Shown in pieces: positions 17,637 to 26,440 of a stretch of 64,000 nucleotides of DNA. The notes under the pieces are model-generated. The model had not been told where the DNA came from. It made no database searches and was given only the letters and a program-made list of their open reading frames with translations. This DNA comes from Nitrospirota bacterium (lineage in GTDB: Bacteria > Nitrospirota > Thermodesulfovibrionia > Thermodesulfovibrionales > Dissulfurispiraceae): positions 65,325 to 129,324 of the forward strand of contig JBFLWF010000003.1 in assembly GCA_040758355.1 (NCBI GenBank), in the 5' to 3' direction. Position 1 is the stretch's first letter. Each line of letters begins with the position of its first letter. The position numbers and the translations under genes are program-made.

Positions 17637-19376
17637 TCATATTAGCGCCTCCGGTCTGTTTGCAGCAACAACAATGTTTCTGCCTGTCTCCTTTGCAACA
17701 TAAAGGGCGTCATCTGCTGCCCGTATAATCTTTTCCGGGGAGTCTCCATCTTCAGGATAACACGCTGCACCAATGCTTACCGTTATCTTCCCTGACGGCT
17801 GTGATTCTGCCCTTGGAAATTTGTTTTTCGCGATACCGCACCTTATCCTTTCGGCTATGGATATTGCCTCATCCTTTCCTGTTTCAGGAAGCAACATGAT
17901 GAATTCTTCTCCTCCGTACCTGCTTACTGTGTCTGTTTCCCTGATATGCTCGTTCAACATATCAGCCAGCATCTTCAGCAATATGTCTCCTTGTGGATGT
18001 CCGTTTGTATCGTTGTAATGCTTGAAGTGGTCAATATCAATCATAATCAGGCCGAAATGTTTGACGTACCTCTGTGCCCTGTGTATTTCGGATTCCAGAA
18101 GTTTCAGAAATGCCCTCCGGTTTTTCAGTCCTGTAAGCCCATCTGTCTCCGAAAGCTCAAGGGTCTTTTCGTAGAGCTTTGCATTTGATACGGCAAGGCT
18201 CGCTGCATCGAGCAGACGCATGCATGCATCGAGGTCGGGTCTTGGCTCAAGCTTAGACCGCCTCGTAACATCCATAACAAATATTCCGGCAGGTGTAAAC
18301 ATATCGCAGTTCATGCATGCCTTTAATTTTTCCAGAGTGTCTGTCAGAATCCTGCCGTGGCAGTAAGTACTTGAAGTGTACCAGCATCTCCTGTCATCAG
18401 AACCATGGGCAGGACATGACGAGTCCGGAGGACAGTGAAAATATTCATAACATTTTGTTGTAAATGCTGCCCTGATAGGCAGGACTGTTATCTCCTTTGC
18501 GTCTTTAAGAAGAATCTTTATTACAACATCTTCATATTCGGAGCTTATGACAGATGTATCGAGCCACCTTGCCTCGCAACTTAAAAATGTATCTGTAAAT
18601 ATATTTTTGCCCGAAAGCGGGATAGCAATATCAGATTTATTATGAACCAGAGACACTTTGTTTTTATCCAGACGGAAGCACTCAATATTAGAACTGCCGG
18701 AAAATGCTGATAGTTCTTCTTTTGCAATCTCTATGACATCGTCCATTACAATAGAAGAACGCAGTTTCTCCGAAAGGAGGTAAAGACGTCTTATCTCATC
18801 CTGTTTTTTATACAGCCTGTCCGAGAGGTATGCGACAAAATAGGCGGTGAGAATCAATGTGCTTGCAAAAACACCTCCATATGCCGCTATCACGGAAAGG
18901 TCCGCAAAAAGCACAGGCTCATTCTTGAGTATGGCAAAATGGGGCAGGATGCCTACGTGTTTGAGCCACATAACCGCTGCAGGAAGGACTATTGCAGCAA
19001 CAGCAAACCTGAAAGTCCATTTTATCGGCAGGATGATGCCGCTTATTACAATGTGGAAGATGTAATAATATAAAAACGGGCTGTCGCATCCTCCTGAAAA
19101 ATAAACAGCAGCAGTAAGAACAATGAAGTCAAGGCTTATCTGTGCAATTGCGTTCTTTATGAGGTCTTCGGATGGAGATTTCAGCCTCTGCTGAAAATAT
19201 GCATTGTACACAGTAGTAAAGCCCAGTATCAGATATACTGGTATCAATGGAAAAGTCAGACCTGCTATCTCCCTCACCACGTGAGTTATGACAAGCACGC
19301 CGACGCAGCCTGCCCATCTGAGCCTTACAAGCCAGAGAAGCTTATCTTTCATTTCTGACTGTTCGATGGTAATCAT
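17637..19376 (-). CDS. Membrane diguanylate cyclase with a GAF-like region carrying a Cys-rich insert
   Basis: N-terminal multi-TM region; DGLTGLKNRR; DIDHFKHYND; RYGGEEF. Confidence 0.9.
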   Translation of the reverse strand: MITIEQSEMKDKLLWLVRLRWAGCVGVLVITHVVREIAGLTFPLIPVYLILGFTTVYNAYFQQRLKSPSEDLIKNAIAQISLDFIVLTAAVYFSGGCDSPFLYYYIFHIVISGIILPIKWTFRFAVAAIVLPAAVMWLKHVGILPHFAILKNEPVLFADLSVIAAYGGVFASTLILTAYFVAYLSDRLYKKQDEIRRLYLLSEKLRSSIVMDDVIEIAKEELSAFSGSSNIECFRLDKNKVSLVHNKSDIAIPLSGKNIFTDTFLSCEARWLDTSVISSEYEDVVIKILLKDAKEITVLPIRAAFTTKCYEYFHCPPDSSCPAHGSDDRRCWYTSSTYCHGRILTDTLEKLKACMNCDMFTPAGIFVMDVTRRSKLEPRPDLDACMRLLDAASLAVSNAKLYEKTLELSETDGLTGLKNRRAFLKLLESEIHRAQRYVKHFGLIMIDIDHFKHYNDTNGHPQGDILLKMLADMLNEHIRETDTVSRYGGEEFIMLLPETGKDEAISIAERIRCGIAKNKFPRAESQPSGKITVSIGAACYPEDGDSPEKIIRAADDALYVAKETGRNIVVAANRPEALI

Positions 19377-19455
19377 TGTGTTCTCTCTTTAATAATATCA
19401 AGACAGCTTGATGCCCTCTCCGGGATTTCCCTTTTCACGGCCATAGCGCCATATT

Positions 19456-21060
19456 TTATTCTGTTTCCCTTGTCTTAAACCCTGCCGTGGAGTTTCTTAA
19501 TTCCTCTGCTATCTTTGCTAATACATCGACCTCCTGCATTACATCATCTGCCATCTTCTCCATGTCTTTTGCAATGGCAGATGTCTTTTCTATGTTTCCT
19601 GCCACCTCTTCCGATGCAGCCGACTGCTCATCCACTGCAGTTGCTATTTGTGTTATCTGGTCGCGGACTTTCTGAACAGACTCCACAATGGTATCCAGAA
19701 CATTCTTCAAGTTCTTCACATGACCCACTGCCTTAGTTATACCCTTTGTGGAGGAAGACATAGACTTAGCCGTCTGCTCGGATTCAGCCTGCACTGCTCC
19801 TATCTTTTCCGAAATCTCTGTTGTTGCCTTTATTGTCCTCTCAGCTAATTTTCTTACCTCATCAGCAACAACCGCAAATCCTCTTCCCTGCTCACCTGCC
19901 CTTGCTGCCTCGATTGCTGCATTTAAGGCAAGGAGATTTGTCTGGTCTGCTATGTCTTTGATTACGGTTACTATTCCTCCAATCTCAACCACCCTGCTGT
20001 TCAGCCTTCCTACCATCCTTGAAAGCTCTGCCGTAGAAGTATTGACTTCATTTATCGTTTCAACGGTTGTGTCTGTTATCTGTTTGCCGCTTTCTGCTAT
20101 TTCCATTGCCTCTGACGATGTATCCGATGCCACAGATGCATTTTTCGCTATATCGGTGATTGTCTGGCTCATCTCTTCTGCTGCTGTTGCTATCTGGTGG
20201 GCCTGGGAGGATTGATTTTTTGCTCCTTCCGATGTCTTTTCTGACCTCGCCCCCAATACATCCACTGTGGACACCACTTTGTTTGCCGATGCGAGTATGC
20301 CGTTTATCATGCTGTTGAAGGACTGAATCATTCTGTTCATGTCGTGCGCGAGGATGCCTATTTCATCTTTACTGTGATAATCTATTGTGGCTCTCAAATC
20401 TCCTTCTGACAACTGCCTGACCTTTTCTATCAGATGAGTCAGTGGCCTGAGGGCAATTGTAACGAGAAAGAATATGGCTCCGGTTACTGACAGTATGCCC
20501 ATTAATCCGAGTCCGAAATAGAGGTTGCGGGATGATTTAATTGTGGCAAAAGAACGTGTCAGCGGTATCTTTATGCTTATGGCCCCGAGAACAGTCCCCT
20601 CTTTTACATTGTGGCAGGATAAGCAGTTTTTACCCATGTAATTAGATTTTGCGATATAGGGGGAAATGCTGCGGAGGTATTCTCCTTCAAGGAAAACCTT
20701 CTCTGTGCCCTTATCTAAAACCTCCTTTTCCACGGCATCTTTTGGGTATTCCTCGGCTTTACCCCTTCCATAATCTTTATCGAGGTTTTCCGACCTTATT
20801 ATACGGACATCTGCGATATTGGACATCTGCTCCAGAAACTGACCCTTCGATTCCTTGATTGTTCCGTTCAGCATCATGGTGGTAAGGGCATTCAGAACTG
20901 TATCTCTGTATCCTGTGAGGGTCGTGTTCTTTGCCTCATCGATGACAATGCTCTTTGTCCTGCCTGTCGTTACAAAGATTGTGACTATAATACCTATAGC
21001 GACCATCACTGTAATCGGCACCACTACCTTGTTTTTCAGAGATACATCTTTTAGATTCAT
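19456..21060 (-). CDS. Methyl-accepting chemotaxis protein with a periplasmic c-heme sensor
   Basis: CLSCH between two TM helices; [42 protein letters not shown]; start at ATG 21060 (GGAG SD). Confidence 0.93.
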   Translation of the reverse strand: MNLKDVSLKNKVVVPITVMVAIGIIVTIFVTTGRTKSIVIDEAKNTTLTGYRDTVLNALTTMMLNGTIKESKGQFLEQMSNIADVRIIRSENLDKDYGRGKAEEYPKDAVEKEVLDKGTEKVFLEGEYLRSISPYIAKSNYMGKNCLSCHNVKEGTVLGAISIKIPLTRSFATIKSSRNLYFGLGLMGILSVTGAIFFLVTIALRPLTHLIEKVRQLSEGDLRATIDYHSKDEIGILAHDMNRMIQSFNSMINGILASANKVVSTVDVLGARSEKTSEGAKNQSSQAHQIATAAEEMSQTITDIAKNASVASDTSSEAMEIAESGKQITDTTVETINEVNTSTAELSRMVGRLNSRVVEIGGIVTVIKDIADQTNLLALNAAIEAARAGEQGRGFAVVADEVRKLAERTIKATTEISEKIGAVQAESEQTAKSMSSSTKGITKAVGHVKNLKNVLDTIVESVQKVRDQITQIATAVDEQSAASEEVAGNIEKTSAIAKDMEKMADDVMQEVDVLAKIAEELRNSTAGFKTRETE

Positions 21061-21164
21061 ATTCTCCCCTCCGTTAACTAAATTACGCAAATATTACTAT
21101 TGCGTATAACAGATTGTAAAGGCTTTGAAGTACACCTGCTGTCATGACCTTGCGTAATTTGAGT

Positions 21165-21877
21165 TTAATCACTACCTTTGCCCGCCGGGCATATGATGGC
21201 CACATCAGTGCCCTTCCCTTTCTTGCTCTCTATTGTTATTCTGCCACCGTGCCTTTCCACTATACCCCTTGCTATGGAAAGACCCAGACCTGTGCTGGTT
21301 TTGTGCTGGGCGCTGAAAAACGGGTCGAAGACCTTATGTATCTCTTCCCCCGAAATCCCCTTTCCTGTGTCTGTAAAGACGATTCGCAGCAGGGCTTTTT
21401 CATCACCGCTCTCTTATATTCACCGGTGTGCGCAGCGATGCTTTTTGTTATCTCATCATTGATCCTTGAATAACTCGATTCCAACTCTGTCAAACGTCTC
21501 CGCCCTTCGCCCAGCCTTTTTTCAAGGAATAAAGAGTTAATGGAGATCAGCTTTGAGTAATACCCCATATACTCGTGTTTTATTTTATCGGCATCTTCAG
21601 GATGTGTTTTTTTTAGATTGTTTAAGTTATCAAAAACCCTGAGGGAATGCCCATCGGATTGTATGACATATTTATGATCAAGTGTTAAAATGCCGCTCTG
21701 GATGGCCCTATTGAACTCTTTGATATCGCTGTCTATCCGGTTCAGCAACTGTATTGTTTCAATTATCTGCTTCAACTGATAATTGTGAAAATAAAAAATC
21801 CAGCCAAAAGATGAAAAAACAAAAACGGCAATTAACAATATGGGCAGGATGATCTTGTTTTTTTCCGAAAGATCCAT
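21165..21877 (-). pseudogene. Internally deleted sensor histidine kinase
   Basis: TM plus periplasmic helical domain joined out of frame near 21410 to an HATPase C-terminus (IVFTDTGKGIS..IHKVFDPFFS..TGLGLSIARGIVERHGGRITIESKKGKGT..., stop at 21165); HAMP and HisKA are missing. Confidence 0.8.
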
Positions 21878-21881
21878 GCCT

Positions 21882-22367
21882 TTACCGACCTCTCCTGACA
21901 GGAATAAAGCCCTGAGCCTTCACTATCTCCTGTCCCTCCGTAATCAAAAAGAGGTCTAAGTAATTCTTTATCTTTTTATTCTCTTTCATGTATACGAGGT
22001 TCAACTCTCTCCTGATGGGATATGTACCGTTAAGCACATTCTCTTTTGTTGCTGCAACTCCGTTTAAGGCAAGAATTTTTATAGGCATTCCTTTTTCGAT
22101 CAGGGACATAGCCGTACCTACCGATACATACCCTATGGCTCCCGGCGCACCACCTACCAGCGTTACTCCCTCGAGATTAGATCCTACTTCGTATGTTTCT
22201 TTTGCAATATAGCCGTTAATTCCCTTCCGGGTACTGCAAGAATGTTCTAACCCTGTATAGTTTTCAAATAGCTCCAGCGTTGATCTTCCGGGCTGCTTCG
22301 ACACCAGACTGATCGGCTGATCCCACGTGGTTATTAATATAACGGGAAAGAATATCTTCTGAGCCAT
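21882..22367 (-). pseudogene. PstS-like binding protein lacking its N-terminal lobe
   Basis: Partial signal (MAQKIFFPVILIT) fused to mid-protein ..DQPISLVSK; C-half GAIGYVS, NGTYPIRREL, EGQEIVKAQGF. Confidence 0.7.
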
Positions 22368-22389
22368 GTCCCCTGTTTCTTATCTTTAT

Positions 22390-23394
22390 TTAAGATCGTA
22401 TAAATCGTTGAGGGTCTTTGTATTCGTGGCATTTCACGCAATCCTTCTTTGCCTGAGCCTCTGTAACCCTCCATGAATGGGGCTTGTGGCAGTCAACACA
22501 CTTCATGCTCATGCCCCTTATATGCAGCTCGTGCTTGCCTACATAGAGCTGATCGCTATGACATCGTTTAAGACAGTCACCCCAATCGGGCCGCACCTTT
22601 TTATGAGGCTTATGACACTCATAGCAGTAGAACTGCATGGGTGCATCTTTAGGCACATTTATCTTTATTGCCTTTTTTATAAGCTCCGGTGAAGGCTGGA
22701 AATATTTGGTATCTATCGTCCCTTCCTCGATCAGCTTTTTCCTTATTGATTCTTCTCCATGGCAGAACAGACACTTCTCCCTGTCGGGCCTCAAATGGGG
22801 AGTGCGGTCGGTATGGCAGTTGATGCAGGCAAGTTTTTCCATGCCTGTACCGTGAACCTCTCTGCCGGTATGGCAATTAACACAGAATCTCTCCTCGGGA
22901 AGGAAATTATGAACCACGTAGCCGTGGCATTTTGCACACTCTATCTGTTCCATAAATACATGCTTTGCATGATACCTTGAACGGTTCACTACAGGTGCAT
23001 CTGGATATCTTTTGTCCTTTTCCCAGTGGCATTGGATGCATATCTTCCATGCTACGATAATCTGTCCGTGTCTTGGTTCAACCATTTTCTGACCCATGAA
23101 TACAAACCTGTACAACTGCACCACCTGTTCCTTCTTCGTTGAATGATGACACTCGTGGCATGTAACTTCTTTGTGCACGCTCTTTGCCCATGCCTCGTTT
23201 GCATAATCATGGACGTGGCACAGGGCGCAGGCATTCGGGTCATGCTCAAAATAGTCGTTGATCTTATACCCTGTAAAACCGACGCCGATAACAAAAAGTA
23301 AAACAAAAAGGGAAATAATTATCCTTGCCTTGCGGGATAGCTTCTCTGAATACCATACAACAAGCCTGTCAAACAATTTAAATGGATTGAGCAC
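22390..23394 (-). CDS. Membrane-anchored multiheme cytochrome c (10 CXXCH + 1 CX3CH) with a NapC/NrfH-like N-terminus
   Basis: One N-terminal TM helix; CALCH, CHECH, CIQCH, CAKCH, CVNCH, CINCH, CLFCH, CYECH, CLKRCH, CVDCH, CVKCH. Confidence 0.92.
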   Translation of the reverse strand: MLNPFKLFDRLVVWYSEKLSRKARIIISLFVLLFVIGVGFTGYKINDYFEHDPNACALCHVHDYANEAWAKSVHKEVTCHECHHSTKKEQVVQLYRFVFMGQKMVEPRHGQIIVAWKICIQCHWEKDKRYPDAPVVNRSRYHAKHVFMEQIECAKCHGYVVHNFLPEERFCVNCHTGREVHGTGMEKLACINCHTDRTPHLRPDREKCLFCHGEESIRKKLIEEGTIDTKYFQPSPELIKKAIKINVPKDAPMQFYCYECHKPHKKVRPDWGDCLKRCHSDQLYVGKHELHIRGMSMKCVDCHKPHSWRVTEAQAKKDCVKCHEYKDPQRFIRS

Positions 23395-23414
23395 TTTTCA
23401 CCTTATTTAATTTT

Positions 23415-23430
23415 AGCAATTTATATGCCA
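23415..23430 (-). promoter_or_regulatory. Sigma54 promoter of the cytochrome gene
   Basis: TGGCAT-ATAAA-TTGCT, near consensus, 20 nt upstream of the GTG start. Confidence 0.85.
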
Positions 23431-23471
23431 TTTATAAATAGATGAATTAAAAGGGTTTTAAATCAAGGGGA

Positions 23472-23581
23472 GATTACGAAAAAGAAACAATAAAGTGTGT
23501 GATTTTGTTGTCTGTCTTTGTGTTTTCCTTATAAAAATCGTCTTTCTGGCAGGAGGCGAGGTTTGTTACTTTTTTGTAACA
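23472..23581. promoter_or_regulatory. Two dyad sites (candidate ArrR boxes)
   Basis: GATTAC-N6-GAAACA (23472-23489) and perfect TGTTAC-N6-GTAACA (23564-23581). Confidence 0.7.
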
Positions 23582-23633
23582 ACTATTCAGTCATGTTCGT
23601 ATTCTGCATGCTCATGTTTTGAACATGGTTATC

Positions 23634-24971
23634 TCACTCTATTGCATAGGCATTCATCTTCTCCCAGAGCGTCTTTCTGCTGATTCCGAGCATTTCCGCA
23701 GCCCGGGTTTTGTTGCCCTTTGTGGTTTTTAATATTCTGATTATATGCTCTTTTTCTGCCTCTGCTGCCACATCGGAAAGGGAAAAATGTCTTTTGTCAT
23801 CACTTTTTTCGAATATAAAAGAAGGAAGGTCATCTTTCTGAATTATATCGGTAGTGGCAAGGGTTGCGCATCTCTCCACAATATTTTCGAGCTCCCTTAC
23901 ATTCCCTGGATAGTCATACCTGAGAAGGGCGTTCATTGCATCAACCGAGAAGCGGATATTTCTCGAAAGCTTGTTTGCGCATTTGCTTAAAAAGAAATCG
24001 ATAAGATTAGGCATATCTTCCTTGCGCTCCCTTAAGGGCGGAAGTGTTATAGGTATCACATTGAGGCGGTAATAAAGGTCTTCCCTGAAATTGCCTTTCT
24101 TTACCTCATCTTCGAGATTCCTGTTTGTTGCTGCAATTATCCTTACATCCACATTCAAGGTATCGGTGCCGCCTACCCTCTCAAATGTCCTTTCCTGAAT
24201 CACTCTTAAAAGTTTTGACTGGGTTGATAGGGGCAGATTGCCTATCTCGTCAAGGAAGATGGTGCCGCCATTGGCAAGTTCAAACCTCCCCGCTTTCCTT
24301 TTTATCGCACCGGTGAACGCACCCTTTTCATGGCCGAACATCTCGCTCTCTATCAGACCCTCGGGCAGTGCTGCACAGTTTACCTTTATCAGGGGTTTGT
24401 CCTTCCGCTTGCTCTGATAATGAATTGTGGTCGCTATAAGTTCCTTTCCTGTACCGCTTTCTCCGAGTATTAAGACTGTCGAATCAGACCCGGCAACCTT
24501 TTCGACCAATGAGAAGACCTTCTTCATCTCCTCACTTTCGCCGATTATATTAGGGAAACAGTAGCATCTGCTCAGGTCTTTCTTGAGCCTTATATTTTCA
24601 TCCTTAAGCCTCTTTACATCCAGGGCCCTTTCTATCAGCAAAAGGAATTCGTCCAGAGAAAACGGTTTTGTTATGTAGTCGAATGCACCGAGTTTCATCG
24701 CATCTACAGCATCTTTTATTGTGCCAAAGGCAGTCATCACAATTACCTGCGCCTCATTTGTCCTTGTAATTTGCCGTAGTATGTCGATACCGTCAATATC
24801 AGGGAGCCTTACATCGGTAACCAGCACATCGAATGAATTATCTCTCAGGAAATTTAGGGCCTCCATGCCTGTTTCAAAAGATATGACCTCATATCCTGCC
24901 GACTTAAGGGCGTCATCGAGAGTAACCCTCATCAATTTTTCGTCTTCTATTAATATAACCGTTTCATTCAT
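23634..24971 (-). CDS. Sigma54-dependent NtrC-family response regulator (ArrR-like)
   Basis: Receiver domain; GESGTGKE; GAFTGA; Fis HTH GNKTRAAEMLGISRKTLW. Confidence 0.95.
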   Translation of the reverse strand: MNETVILIEDEKLMRVTLDDALKSAGYEVISFETGMEALNFLRDNSFDVLVTDVRLPDIDGIDILRQITRTNEAQVIVMTAFGTIKDAVDAMKLGAFDYITKPFSLDEFLLLIERALDVKRLKDENIRLKKDLSRCYCFPNIIGESEEMKKVFSLVEKVAGSDSTVLILGESGTGKELIATTIHYQSKRKDKPLIKVNCAALPEGLIESEMFGHEKGAFTGAIKRKAGRFELANGGTIFLDEIGNLPLSTQSKLLRVIQERTFERVGGTDTLNVDVRIIAATNRNLEDEVKKGNFREDLYYRLNVIPITLPPLRERKEDMPNLIDFFLSKCANKLSRNIRFSVDAMNALLRYDYPGNVRELENIVERCATLATTDIIQKDDLPSFIFEKSDDKRHFSLSDVAAEAEKEHIIRILKTTKGNKTRAAEMLGISRKTLWEKMNAYAIE

Positions 24972-26440
24972 ATGCTTGGGTCTACTGGAAAGGTCAGTAT
25001 AAACTTACTGCCCTTCCCAACCTCGCTTTCAACGGAGATTTCTCCATTATAATTTCTGACTATGTCATAACTCAACCACAAGCCGAGCCCCGTTCCTTCT
25101 CCAGGAGGTTTCGTTGTAAAAAACGGGTCGAATATCTTGCCTAAATTTTCTTGAGAAATGCCCTCGCCTGTATCTATAACTTCCACTTTTATTTTCGAAT
25201 CCTCCTTATATCCCCTGACAGCCAAATATCCCTCATACTTCATGGCATGGATTGCATTTATAAAGAGATTTAAAATCACCTGATGAAAATCGTGGGGGTC
25301 AAAGATAATAAAAAGTCCGTCCTCCACCTCGTTGGCAAATTGGATATTGCCTTTCTTGAGTTTATATCCCACAAATGTGTAGACGCCGTTTATAGAATCT
25401 TTGATATTAATGCTGATGGGCGTGTGGTCTCCTTTCCTGGACATCCACAAAAGCTTGCTTACGGTATTTTCTATCCGGTCAAGCCCCTCTTTTATCAGAT
25501 CCAGATATTTTCCCCTTAATTCAGGATTATTGCCGTTGAGCTTCAAGATCTGCACGCAGTTAAATACTCCTCCGAGAGGATTGTTTATCTCATGGGCAAC
25601 GCCTGCGGCAAGTATGCCTACGGATGCAAGCTTTTCTGATTGTACCAGCTTTTCATGGGTTTTTCTGAGTTCTTCGTTTGCCTGCTTTATCCTCTCTATC
25701 ATGTTATTAAACCTCTCGCCGAGGACGGCAAGCTCATCATGTCCCTTCACCTCAACTTTGACATCGAGATAGTCGCCCCCTGTTTTTTCCATGGTAGCGG
25801 CAAGCTGTGTTATGGGGCTTATAAAGCGGTTGCTCAAGAGAAGTATGACGCCGAACCCTGCAATAATAAGGAACAATGTGAGAATGATAATCTTTTTAAT
25901 GGAGGCAACAATCTCCTTTTCGACCTTTTCGAGGGATATTGCGAACTTCAATGTTCCCCAACGCTTTTTCCCTATAGAAAGCGGGACCCCGAAATCGAGG
26001 GCATTATGTCCGCTGTGCGAAAAACTGTGTATTACGGCATCATTTGCTTGTAATGCCTTTACAGTTGAGGGGTCTGAATATATCTTTCCGTACTCCGCAA
26101 TATTGTTGTGAGATATTATCTTTCCCTCCTCATCCAGAATAGCTATGTAAATCAAATCCACATCGCGCCTGTTGAATATCTCCATTATGTAATTATCGAG
26201 CAAGCCGCCTTCCTCCACCAATCCAAGCCTTTCATAAATGAGGTCGTTGATTATCGGTATGGCGAGGGTCTCTCCAAGCAATCGTCCCTGCCTTTCGACC
26301 TCGGTGTATAGTATATTCTTTCCTCTCTGGACAGCCATATAACCTATTATCCCCATGAGAAGTATAATGGCTACTGTCGTAATCAAAATGAATTTAGACC
26401 TCAGACTTAATCTTGAGAAAAAAGCAGTAATCGTATTCAT
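24968..26440 (-). CDS. Sensor histidine kinase (ArrS-like)
   Basis: 2 TM, HAMP, AHEINNPL, FFTTKPPGEGTGLGL; overlaps both neighbours by 4 nt. Confidence 0.93.
   Translation of the reverse strand: MNTITAFFSRLSLRSKFILITTVAIILLMGIIGYMAVQRGKNILYTEVERQGRLLGETLAIPIINDLIYERLGLVEEGGLLDNYIMEIFNRRDVDLIYIAILDEEGKIISHNNIAEYGKIYSDPSTVKALQANDAVIHSFSHSGHNALDFGVPLSIGKKRWGTLKFAISLEKVEKEIVASIKKIIILTLFLIIAGFGVILLLSNRFISPITQLAATMEKTGGDYLDVKVEVKGHDELAVLGERFNNMIERIKQANEELRKTHEKLVQSEKLASVGILAAGVAHEINNPLGGVFNCVQILKLNGNNPELRGKYLDLIKEGLDRIENTVSKLLWMSRKGDHTPISINIKDSINGVYTFVGYKLKKGNIQFANEVEDGLFIIFDPHDFHQVILNLFINAIHAMKYEGYLAVRGYKEDSKIKVEVIDTGEGISQENLGKIFDPFFTTKPPGEGTGLGLWLSYDIVRNYNGEISVESEVGKGSKFILTFPVDPSI

Noticed and set aside
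21144..21473. Plus-strand ORFs 21144-21473 and 21178-21462
   Set aside because: Antisense of the HATPase remnant on the minus strand.
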